The translations under genes were made by a program, and so were the position numbers. A stretch of DNA of 64,000 nt, taken from the NCBI GenBank assembly GCA_045837725.1, contig JBEWZL010000124.1:1-64000 (forward strand), in the 5' to 3' direction. Below, one piece after another: positions 49,730 to 64,000 of this stretch; the stretch's first letter is position 1, and every line of letters begins with the position of its first letter. The notes beneath the pieces are model-generated. The model ran no database searches. It worked only from the letters and a program-made list of their open reading frames with translations, and was not told the origin of the DNA. Source of the DNA: Vermamoeba vermiformis (lineage: Eukaryota).

Positions 49730-52271
49730 ATGGACGACGATATAATACCGCAAATAAAGTTTAATAATGAACGAAAGTTAATGGTCATTGGCGCTGCAGG
49801 CTCAGGTATTTTCGATCCCGATCTGTCAAAATCAAATCAAATAATTTTAAATAATTATCTGTAGGAAAATCATCGTTCACAATTCAATTTGCGCGCCATT
49901 ATTTTGCGAAAGAACACGATGCAACCGTTGGTAAGAAAATTAAGCCAATAATTAATTGTAAAAAGCGACAAACAAAAGCAATTCGCTTAATTAATAAGAT
50001 GAACGCGTTAAATTAAAATATTTAACAACCAGAATGGGTTCATAAATCGCGAGCAACTGCGGATGGGATAGTAAGTTCCTTTAAGATCTCTACCTAATTT
50101 AGAAAGCTAACTTAACGACCTCAGTTCATGGTACTTGATATTTTGGATACCGCAGGTAATGCTAAGCAATTAAAATTATCGTCTAAGAACCGTTCTGACT
50201 CAACCCTTAATTTTGATTTGAAGATCTACAAGAAAGCGAAACGTAAGTTCACCTCCCTATTATTACTAATGAACTGAATAACTAAAAATAAATTTTAGGA
50301 AATTGGCAGCCCAACGCTCAGATGTAAGCCATGGTACCTTTTTCATTGCAATTTAGTAGCTAGTCTAACCGTTTGTAGTTCGTCAACAAACTGCACATGC
50401 TGATTGTAGTCTACGACATTACGAATCGATCCAGCTTTGAGCGTGTCACAGACTACTGGTACAAAGCCAAAGACACGATTGACAAAACCGATGTAAAACC
50501 TGTCACGTTGCTCATCGGTAACAAATTGGTACTTTAATAGCAATTAAATATATACAATGATGATATCAATCCATTATTAGGATTTGAAAGAACAGCGAGC
50601 AGTGAAGACCGAAGAAGGTGAACAATTGGCCAGAGAACTCGGCATGATGTTCGGCGAGGTGTCGTGTACGTGATTCTTATTTATCCTTACCGTAACATAC
50701 TCTTATACATTACTACAGCAAAAACAAGAGAAAATATGGACGAGGTAAGGATATAATTTTATCCTCGTGGTAGTTCAGGATCTAACGGAAAATTGTAGTT
50801 TATGGAAAAAGCTATGATCGAAATAGCATTTGAAAACCCTCGCGCACGTGAGTATTTTAGTTTACCATTTCGGTTAACTCATAAAACGGTTTACAGGTGA
50901 GCTAAGGCCGACCATCAAAGCGACACCTTCGCATCTGTCTGATCGCATGTCATCGCTGCTGAAATCTCCGATATTCTCCGATGCAGTCATAAATCTCAAC
51001 GAGCACAAGTGGAACGTACACAAGTTCATGTAAGTGAGGTACGATCATAGCTTAATGATTCAGAACTGACGATTGAACAGATTGTCAGCACGAAGTCCAG
51101 TGTTGTTGGAGATGTTCAAAGATCCATCGATCAATCACGCCACTATCAAAGGTGACAATATCAGTCCTGAAGCAGTGTCAGCGCTCCTTCATTACATGTA
51201 CACAGCACTCGTTGACTTCTCACCCAAAATCGCATCTCAAGTTGCAGCTTTGAGTGCCGAATACAAAGTAGAAAATATCGGCGAGATTGCTGCCGATATT
51301 GCTAACAAAGGTATGATATATCGCGGCAACTTGAATCAACTTCATATGGCTGATCCAAGCAGGCTCATATACTCCCACTTCAGAGTCCTTAACAGAGCGC
51401 ACAACGATACTAGGCAGAGACCTGCTCAACTTTTCAAAACTGGGCTATCAAAGCACTCATCCTGCTTTTGACGTCGCGTTGAAAGTCGGTGAAAAGCCTG
51501 TACTGACTTCACGCGCCCTACTTGCGCTCAACTCCAAGTACTTCGCTGACCTCTTTAAGAAGGTAAACAATAGTGATTGGATGTATATGAGTAACTTATA
51601 CTTCGTATAGAACCACGATGCAGAAGTGCAACTTGATCTATTTCCTAATTTGGAACGTTGGGCAATATTGCGAATAGTTGCTTGGATTTACAGCAACGAC
51701 TTGTATACCAGCACACTAGGCGGCGACTTTAGCCTCATACAGTAGCAAGTCTTACTACATCCATATTTCCTTTTATGGAAATTACTAACTTTCATGCTCT
51801 GGCGCAGTGCGGCAACACTCGGCATGCCAAAACCATTCATTGAAGCAATTGAGCTCAACATGTCAACATTTATTGTGAGATCTCAGCTTTGAAACTTTAG
51901 TTCGCGTCGTTCTAATACCTTTTAATAATATAGCTCAACTACACGTTAGTACCCGATCAATGGCTAGCACTGCTGAATCAGAGTGTCGCAGAACAGATTA
52001 AAAAGCTCACTGAGTGGCAAGCTGCCGTTCAATACGATGTCGTCAGCCAGCAAACGTAAGTCACGTGGTGTTTATCGTTCATGAACGCTAACGATCCGAA
52101 GCGACCTTTGGAAGAAAATCAACTCTGGGTCTCGCAAGAATATTCAAACCCTTGCTGCTCAAATGGGAACATTAGTGGAGGATAAAAGTAGCAAGAGAGG
52201 TGAGTTATTGTGTCCTTAATGTAACGGAATTCGAGTTAATTGAAAAAACCTTAGGTTGCAGCATTTCGTAG
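49730..52271 (+). CDS. Ras-like GTPase - BTB - BTB - CAAX fusion, copy 2
   Basis: Closely similar exon structure to copy 1. GAAGSGKS, KEHDATVE, LDILDTAD, GNKLDL; BTB1 exon near-identical to copy 1; ends SSKRGCSIS*. Confidence 0.85.
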
Positions 52272-52810
52272 ATGCGTAAACGTTGCCGTGGTGCCCTGGA
52301 CCTTTTGTTTGAAATTATGTAATGTTTACTTACAGTTGTAGTATAATTAATAAAACCCTCCAACAAACAAAATTTCGCTTGATCCAACGACGGAACAGTG
52401 ACCAAAAAAACTGACGTCATTCAAACGAATCTTATTATTAGCAACACCATTCTTCTGTTGCAAGACGTATTTATTTGTAAATATTAATATCAATAATACG
52501 ATTGCATACTGAGGAAGATCAGCTAAGAATGAGTAAGCAATCTTTTCGCGAAAGATCCGAATTAATTCTTTTTGCGCGTAGATAAATTTGCTAACATTAT
52601 ATTTCATAATTATAGCGTCACTACGGATAAATTGGACATGTATATTTATGTTTGCTATTTTATTTTCAAGTGCATTTTGCGCAGCAAGCAAAAAGGTAAG
52701 AATAACGTCAATATTCATAAAATAACGCATATTTATTATTCTATAATTTATAAAATTATTTTGCGCTTTGTAACGGCTGTTCAAGTTAGCATTTTAATTT
52801 TTGCAATTTT

Positions 52811-53598
52811 AGTCGTCTTACGTCACCAAACAAGTAATTATTAGCGACATTATCAATGGGTATACCATTCAAGTGACTGATACAGAGGTAATAATATTAA
52901 AATTCAATTTTAAGTCTTGATTACGTCACGAGATCTGATCGAGTCAAAATTTCGTCATAGACACAAGACGAAGACACAGTAGTATTAGATGGAATAGTAC
53001 TCACTATTAACCCCGATGATGCATATATTTGGATGTCTACGAACTTTATTGAACAAGAAGCCGAGTTGCGAATTCTTGTAAGATCCGATCCAGAATAAGA
53101 AATATTCTATTGGCTCTAACCTAACGTTATTTATATAGCCCAATAGTGTCAAGAGATTATTTATCGAAGGATTAGATATCAGACAAATTCTTATTGATAA
53201 CGGGATCGCATCTGTCAAACAAACCAATTCGAAGCAGCAAAAGAAAGGTTAGATCCGCTCGACGATATTATTTTGGCCTAAAATACTTATGACTTATTAT
53301 TTATATAGATATTGGACTGCCCGAGAAAGGCGTTTTTAGCGCAGATCTGATCGGCTTTTTGTTCGCGGCGTCGATCCTGTACGGATTTTTCAAATTTCAA
53401 CGCAGACCCGAGCAACAGCCCGCAGCAGGTCCGAATTACTTGCAAAGCTTGAACTCCGAGCACGGCATCGCTAAGCAAAAGATCAAATGGTTGTTGGCGT
53501 ACGTGGGCATTGGCGTGGCGAGTTTTGTGGCGTGTGTGGCCTACACTTTTTATCAACTTTATCAAAATAAGATTGTAAAGACTCGTGTAGCAGCGTGA
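52811..53598 (+). CDS. Hypothetical membrane protein with degenerate staphylococcal-nuclease-like OB fold; 5' exons unresolved
   Basis: Spliced VIISDIINGYTIQV...VVLDGI...LFIEGLDIRQILIDNGIASV resembles the SNase pattern, followed by two hydrophobic segments. Further small exons probably lie at 52400-52700. Confidence 0.45.
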
Positions 53599-53830
53599 TG
53601 ATTGTGACTAATAGACCTAAATAAGAAAACTTAAACTAGCTTTGTTGAAAGTTAACGGACATGAGAAAATCTGTCTGAAGTCCCTTTACTTTCGGGTTTT
53701 AAAGCATGTATGAGCTAACATCATTGGTATCGCTCAAACTTTGTTCAGATCTGTTTGTTTTGATTTTTTTTTAAATCGATGATGACAAGTGACACACATA
53801 ATTCACCTTCTTAATTTGAATCAAGCATAA

Positions 53831-56486
<2,656 letters not shown>

Positions 56487-56944
56487 TCTGAGCTACATCC
56501 GCCAACGAAATTTGCAGTGAACGGTGAATAGCTTTACTACGACTATACTTACTCTTTCTATTGTACATAGTGCTCGTTAATGAATACGTTCGCCTAGCGA
56601 GGTGAAATAAAAGATTTGCAACGTTAAGAGCGGCTTTGGATCCAAATCTGACCAGCATCGCGCGATAAAATGGAATTCGATCTATCTTGGGCCAGGTATA
56701 TTCTTGATATCTCCTCCGTATAACTACTTCATTATATTTGCTTTTTGAACCTGGCACCTTATTTTCGGACAATATTTTTTGGATCTTGGCGAAAATTCGT
56801 TTTTTTGTATGATTGACACCTGAAAAATAGCTAGAAAAGGCTTTGTGCCAGAACGCAGTTCTTTCATGAACAACAGTTACGAGCACCACAAAAGCGAGTA
56901 ACTCCACCAAAGAATACTAATCACTTTTGTTGGATTTGGACCAG

Positions 56945-59900
56945 ATGGCGCTTTGCTCAGTTTGCTGCTCGGAAATCTTCAGAGACGATTCCTTTCATCA
57001 AAAAGGATTCAGATGCATTAATTGCACTGACAAGACATTTGTTTTGTGCTATGACTGCGAGAGAAAACATCAGGAGTTTCATCCGATCACCCACGCTTTC
57101 GCCATCTGCAACAAAGAACAATTAGAGTTGCCTGAATTATCGCAGCTAGGCAAAGGTACGTTACATACATGACTATAATAATCATTAATAACTGTAATGT
57201 TCGCCTCGGACAATTTAATTTGAAGTTAACCTTTTTAATTCGTTCAAAAAAATCTGCACAAATGCAAAGCTAAATATGGTTATATATCTTCATCGTATAT
57301 GTCATATAACATCGCTTATCGCTATTTATTTACTAACGTGATCGTTTTGTAAATTAGAATTCGGAGCGAGTTTGTCTCCGATCCACCCGGCAAAGTGTGT
57401 TTCATGCACGAGCAACGACGATAAGATGATTGTTGGTATTAGATACCACTGCGTACAATGCTCCGCTTCTTATTGCACCCTGGACTATAACAAGATAGTC
57501 TCGGAGCACGATCCGAATCATGTCTTTTTGCGACTCCGTTCAATCTTTGCTATTATTAACGACTGGGACTTTACTACCGTCACGGATGTAAGTTGAGTTC
57601 ATGGAGTTCTCGCTTAATTAATTTCCTAAAAAGGAAATATCAATACATTTAATTTGGCGTTCTCATTAATTATTATCAACTGGCAATGTCTAATATGAGT
57701 ACATTAGGACGAATTGTGGTACGAACCCCTCACTCAAAAGGACTCAACAAACGTCAAGTCGGATCTCGGAATCATTCGCGCCGAGTCACGCGCCTCGATT
57801 AGTGTATCACAAAAATCGATCCGATCTTCTCAAGGTAAATAAGGTCCACGACATTCAAACGTCGGACGATTATTAATCATATTATATCAGGTTCACTGCG
57901 CGAATACGGAGCTGAAAGCCTCAAGTCTGATTCGCGCGAGAGCATCCAGATCTCGGACACTAGCTACGGCGATCAAACTGCTTCAGATGCCTTATTTGGC
58001 GATGACGAGCCTGCACATGACCTCCTTGCCGTTCACGAGACAGGTTATGCCGAAGAAATGCCGACAATTATTGAACCACAAGCAGCCAAAGACAGCCCGA
58101 TCGCGCGAAAAATTCAAATGTTTGAAGAACTCACTAAGAAACCGACTGTTGAAGTGAAGGGTCCTTTTGGCCGTCAAACTACTAAGCCAGTTAATATTGA
58201 AGTCGTAGTTAAGCCTGCCACTACGCCCAAGAGTTCGGATGTGCCCGTCCTCGACAGCAGCGACAGCGAATCTGGCGACAACGAGCAGAATACTGCTACC
58301 TGCTACGTCGATGACCTCGGCAATGAAATTTCATCCGAAAAAGCATCGCCTAGAGCTGTCTCTACTTATTTGAACTCGATAATGGAAGAGTTGAGCGCCG
58401 TCAACGAATTCGAAGAAAAAAAGAATTCTTTCTTCCCTAATATGGCAGGTATCTCGCTCAGAAACGAGATTGAAAATATTGTTGGGTTCTACATGACCGG
58501 CGTGAGCGACGAAAGTTCAACTCTGTTCAAGGACAAAACTTCCTTAAAAGGAAAAGAAGATCCAGCCGTCTCGGAGGTCTCCGAAAAAGAATTCCAATGC
58601 CAAGATCTGTGGGAGTCATACGACCAGTACTTGGCCGCTAAATCTCCCGAGGCGAGATTCAAAGCCCTGGTAGATTTCAGAGCCAATTTGCAACTCTTCT
58701 TCGCCAAGTCCGAAAAGTACGCAAAGACCATTGTCGATGAGATCCATTTGCCTTATTCGGAAAAAAGCATTCAACCAATCGACGCTGGCGGTGTCGCTGG
58801 TGGTTTAAAATACGTGCACGACGGAATTTTCTTCAAATTTGCCGTTGATCTCTACGACATTTTTGGCGGTGACAGAAACGCTGCAAAGACTGCTGGTAAG
58901 TCGAAAATAAATCTGCAAATGTAGGTTGCCGGCCACTATCTAACAGTGCTATTTTAGGCTGGGAACTCAAAGGTCTGCAAGTCTATTTTGCCTCGCAAGT
59001 CGAGGGTCTGCGCGTGCCCTTCATGTTTTTGTTCGATTACCGCGGCTTCAGAATGACTGTCATGCCGCAACTTCCGATCAATTCCAACACGCTCAAGTAC
59101 GGCAGCATGGACGGCGGCATGACCATCGCGAAAGAGGACAAAGAGCTCAATAAGAAGATGAAACAAGCTGCCTTAAAAGGAAATCTCAAGGGTCACTTCG
59201 TCGGCCAAAGTACCGCGGGCAAGATCTACGGCCCTGGTGACATTGAAGGACACGCGGGCAAAGACGGACATTACTACGTTGTGGATACCGCACGTGTCTT
59301 GCCACCTCTCCCGCCCAAAACCAAGTTCACTGCTTTCTTCATCCCGCACGGTAAGTCTATTGCCTTTTTTGGAAAGTGAAAAATGAAGTCGAGAAATATT
59401 GTTGACTTTGATGTTTGAGTCAATTTTTCATTGGTGTGCTTTTGATATGATGACTAAATATGGTATAATCTAGACACAGACGTCGATGGCACTAAAGAAT
59501 GGGAACGATTGGCGCCGATGAAGCCCATGAAGCTCGAGCTGCGCGATTGGAAGTCACGTGTCAAACAAACCTTGCTCAAGCCATACAAATTGTCCGACGA
59601 AGAGTACATCGATACCGAATTGGTCGAAGAATTCTTCACTTTCGGCAGCATCTTCGCTGTTCCCAAAGAGGCAAGTCGATAAATTTTTGCAAAGATTAGT
59701 CCTTTCAGTGAAAACTAACACGTGACTCTTGCAGATGCAAAAAGAGCCCGTCTTGAATAGAATTGCATCAGTTTCGTGCCAACGACCCATATATGGTAAT
59801 GCCATCATGGTGCACACTCCCGGACTCAAGGGCAAGGTGCTCTACAACTTGATGCGACCCGAACTTTTGCGTCAAAGTCCCACGCCTTTGAGCAGCGACG

Positions 59901-60831
59901 CTTTCACCATGTTCCAAGTGCGTACACTTGACCACATTTCCTTATTTGGCTGTCGTCTAACAGTCTACGGTAGATTCAAGGAATTGAAAAGGAAAATGAC
60001 GAAAAAGACATTCGAGCGCTGTACCAAAAGTTGAAGAAAGAAATTATTCCGCAGTTCTGCTACAAATTGAAGAGCGGAGAAATTACCGTGAGAAACGGCG
60101 AACAATTGTGCCGCGCTATGCACGAACACGGAATTAATCTCCGATTTTTGGGCAAGATCCGCAAACACTTTTTTGACGTAAGTCACTCAATGACACGTTG
60201 ACACGTGTTACCGACTTTTTTTGACTAACATTCCTTTAAAATTTCAGCAAAGACATCATCCGTTGTTCAAGATTATTGGTTTGGAAATTTGCAGCCGCAC
60301 GACCAAGGGTTTTTTGAAAGGAATTCTGCGAAGAATTAAGCCCTCACAATTGGACAAGAACTGCATCAACACGATCATCTCGTACTTCAATCTCAACTTG
60401 AGCAACGGTGTCGCGTGCAATTTGTACTGGAAATGGGTCTTGAAACCTCTTTTGGTGTTCAAATTTGGCAATTGTTTGACTCCCGAAGAACACGACAGCC
60501 ATTGCGATGCCAGATCTACCTTTTTTGGATACGACAAGTTGGCATTCTTTGCCAAACTGCAACAACAAGTCGGTGTCAAATTCAGCGACAAGACAGTTGC
60601 GAGATTCACTGAAGATCCGACCCGATTTGAAACTAAATGGCCGCTGACTATTAACGACTTTGAAGCAGTCAATGGCAGAACAAAACAATTTTTCACTGAA
60701 TTCATCGATCGAGAATTGGATGCGCTCAGCACAGAGTTGCGTGACAGCATGATGGCGTAAGAAACCATTCACTCTACATTTTTGAACAGTTTTGTTTGAC
60801 CTTGGGGTCATGTTGTAGATTTGTACATTAG
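56945..60831 (+). CDS. Two ZZ-type zinc fingers + Clu domain protein
   Basis: CSVC...GFRCINC...LCYDC...H...H and HPAKCVSC...IVGIRYHCVQC; Clu motifs GIFFKFA, AGWELKG, DYRGFR, GPGDIEGHAGKDGHYYVVDTARVLPP, LMRPEL, MHEHGINLRFLG. Confidence 0.82.
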
Positions 60832-61160
60832 TAAATACGCTTTTCCTTTATTCCTCCTTCCCTTCGTGGGTAAGCCCATGAGAGATAGATGTAAGATGCC
60901 GTGTTCACCCTTTGAAACACTTTCACATGATATGGGCAAGAAAAACAGAAAGACTTCAAGTTACCAATGAAAGCGCGCCTCTATCCCAAAAAAGAACAGT
61001 TCATAGGCAGCAGACAGTGTGCAATAGTAGACCAATGGTCGGGTATCAACAACACGCCATGCCGGCGGTCATCTATTTTTGTCCGATTTACGATTGAAGC
61101 TACACCAGCTCTGAATTGAAGTAACTAAATACTTTAATTAACAATAAAACTTCTCTTTGC

Positions 61161-63988
61161 TTAGAAGTTAGGAACAAAATTGTAAAGTTGAACGGTGGTC
61201 GGGCTCAACAAGAACGGGCTGCCGTAGACGCCAATGAACAAGTCACCCCAGAAGGAGAGGTAAGAGCTCGAGTCCTTAAGACGGTGAATGCCCTAGATGC
61301 ACCCAACATTAGCAATATGCACACTAGGTCCCGGCTACTATCAAGTACTTACAGTGTTGGTCTTGATGTCGTGGAAGGTGTAGATGCGCAAGTCAGGGTA
61401 GAAGCCGTAATCAGCGAACAACCACACGGCACCCGTGGTATCGCTCTCCTTCAACACCACGTTGAAGGCTGTAGCGGCGCGGTGCATTGGCAACTTGAAG
61501 TACTTCCACTCACCAGGGTTAACGTCGACGTTGATGACTTGGTTGGACACCAACTCGGTGACGGCTAAGAAAATAATAAGGGAGGTTAGATCGACATCCA
61601 CGTTCCAGATGCAACACTTACCGATATTGCAAGAATCGCCAGCCCAGCCAGCCTGGCAGCGACACAAGCCACTAGCTTCGATGCATTCGCCGTGAACACA
61701 GCGTTGAGGGCAAGAAGCTAAAAAGACCATTAGATCCGATCTATCGCTCCGAGCTTGGAATATAATATATAATAATATATGATACTTACAGTCGACGGTG
61801 ACGGTCAAGTTGTAAGTGCACTCTCTGAAGCCGTAGACACCAATCTTCCAGTGCTTGTGACCGGGATCCGGGATGATCAAAGTGACTGAGTTGTTCAAGC
61901 TCAAATCTCTGTACGAGTAGTCGAAGCGAGTGGGGTTAGTGTCGTTGCGCACGTACAAGTCGCAATCGCCGCTGCCGTGCTCGAGTCGCACAACGACTGA
62001 ATCGACGGACTCGGTGTAGAAGCTGTAATAGTTCCACTCGTAGTTGTCGACGTAGCCACTGACCTTCTCAGCAAGGAACAAGTCACGGGTCACTAGGCAT
62101 CAATAGTTAGTCCCGAGCACATCACTGACATAGCATAGTCATATTGATATATGAACTACTAGGCACGTACTTTGTTCGCAGTTTTGACCTCTGTAGCTAG
62201 CATCGCATGCACAGTTGCTGCCAAAGATGCAACGGCCGTGAAGCGAGCACTTGGCCTCGCACTTTTGTTGAACAGCGCTGTTCAAGACCCAAGAGAAGCG
62301 CGAGTCTCTGAAGGCGTAGAAACCAAAGTAGATCCATTGGTTGGCTACATCCACAATCTTCAAATCGAAGTTGTGCTTGATGCCAGTCTCGGCGTAGTCA
62401 AAGTTAACGCGAGAGGGAACGCTTCCTTTCTATTTATAGCAATAAGACCGTTAGTATGAAATTAATAACAAGCGAAAGTTCTTTGGAAGATCGAGCAAGA
62501 ATTTCATAAATTATTAAAAAACCCTCTTATATACCTTAACATAGATATCAACATCACTGTCGTTGGTCTCAGTAACGTTCCAGATGAGCTCGTTGGTAGT
62601 AGGGCGGATCTTGAAGTACAACCAGCCGTACTTGGGGATCGAAACATCAGTAGCGGTATGAGGAGCAGTGATAGTGTTGACGGCTTTAAAACATTGTTAA
62701 ACCACTTGCATGAAGTATGATATATCTCGTAGGACTTACTAACAGTGCAGTTAGCGCCTTCCCAAGGAGCATTGCAAACACATCTGCCAGCAACGCAATT
62801 TCCGTGGCCATTGCAGTTATCAGGGCAACCGTCTATTGGTGGTTAGTATGTTATAGGTGCCTAGTATAACGTATATTCAAAGAAAATATGTTTGTAGTTG
62901 ATAGACTAAGCTAAATTTCTTGAGTTAATTAGCCCGTGTAACGGTAACTTTTCAGATGGGATCTAAAATCTGGCTTGTAGCTCTTATTTTATGCATATTT
63001 GACTTATTATTATTTAATATGGCAATACTTTCATTTAATGATGCTATAAATAAGCTAATTGAAACTTACTGCTTGCGGCATCAGAGTGGAAGTTGATGGT
63101 GAAGTAAGTGTTCTTGAAACCGAAAATACCAATGTAGTACAAGTTGGTGTTGCTATTGATACAATATATAAGCAAAAAATCAAATAAATTATTTGCTTGC
63201 GAACCGCAGTTCAGAAATTTAGCTCGATCGACGAAAGTTTGAGAGATTTGCTTTGACTCGGAGTCGTAGCACTTACGCTTCAGCGGGAATAACAAGCGAG
63301 AAGCTCTTCTTAATGGTAATATCTCTCCAATCAAATTCGCTCAAAGTGGGCAATTGGTTGCGACGAACATACAAATCCGCATCACCTTTAAAAAAAATTT
63401 TCAGATCAGCCACTATAATCATTTGCTTCGCTTCTAAAACGATCTCAAATATTTTTGATCGACTTAATATATCAGTCAATATAATAATTACCATCGTTGG
63501 TTTCGTTCACGATAATGGTGACTGGATGGTTGAGGGAAGCTGGGGGCTTGTTAATAGCATAATAGAGCCATGTGCTGGCTTCAACATATTGACCGGTAAG
63601 TACACTGCCAAGAGTGACGTTCTGCAAAGCTGTAATAAGAGTTGTTAGGTCAATACTAGATTCGATCAGAAAATATTTTTGACAAGTATCTGAAATTATT
63701 ATTAAACGTGCATAATATTATTACTTGGCACAAATATCATAGTGCACGAAGAAATAATAATTATTAATAATTTCTGAGCTGTTATTTGATTCTGTAATTG
63801 TGCAAATCTGAATGTGGCTGTTGCTGCTTATGCTTACGAATAGAGCAATCGAGGCCGACTCTATTAGCAACACATGTGCATGAACCAGTTTGTTGATTGC
63901 AAGTGCCCATATTGGAGCAATTGTTCGGACAATCTCTGGCCAAAGCCAATCCGATAATAACGAGCACCACTAATACTTTTGCGAGCAT
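61161..63988 (-). CDS. Second secreted EGF/PPC-like repeat protein (paralog of 12071-14970)
   Basis: Signal peptide MLAKVLVVLVIIGLALA; CPNNCSNMGTC repeats; [16 protein letters not shown]...FDY...W.IGVYG repeats; ends IGVYGSPF...VPNF*. Confidence 0.8.
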
Positions 63989-64000
63989 GATTCTAAGCAA

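Overview
Gene-dense, intron-rich eukaryotic DNA with short GT-AG introns, a strong (T)ACTAAC-like branch motif and several GC-AG introns. The gene repertoire suggests a protist, probably an amoebozoan; this is inference. From ~5.6 kb onward there are about 21 spliced genes: a truncated MFSD1-like transporter, a calmodulin-like protein, a PA-domain 7TM protein, two EGF/PPC-repeat secreted proteins, a ThrE exporter, an HMG-box protein, an SLC38-type transporter, a PH-MORN-cNMP-SnoaL-GRAM-PP2C-DEP-cNMP protein, a small charged protein, DENN-BTB, RecQ, a GT10-like transferase, DGAT2, dynamin, an FAD monooxygenase, two tandem Ras-BTB-BTB-CAAX genes, an SNase-like membrane protein, a STE20 kinase and a ZZ-Clu protein. 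The first ~5.58 kb is different and looks like one end of a large insertion that breaks the MFSD1-like gene mid-exon at a TA run. It carries an intact 3-exon TET/JBP-family 2OG-Fe(II) dioxygenase, two unrelated arrays of CpG-rich palindromes, a duplicated spliced unit with no clean ORF, and a terminal hairpin. No transposase is visible in the window. Exon structures were read by eye, so gene coordinates are approximate first-to-last-codon spans that include introns.
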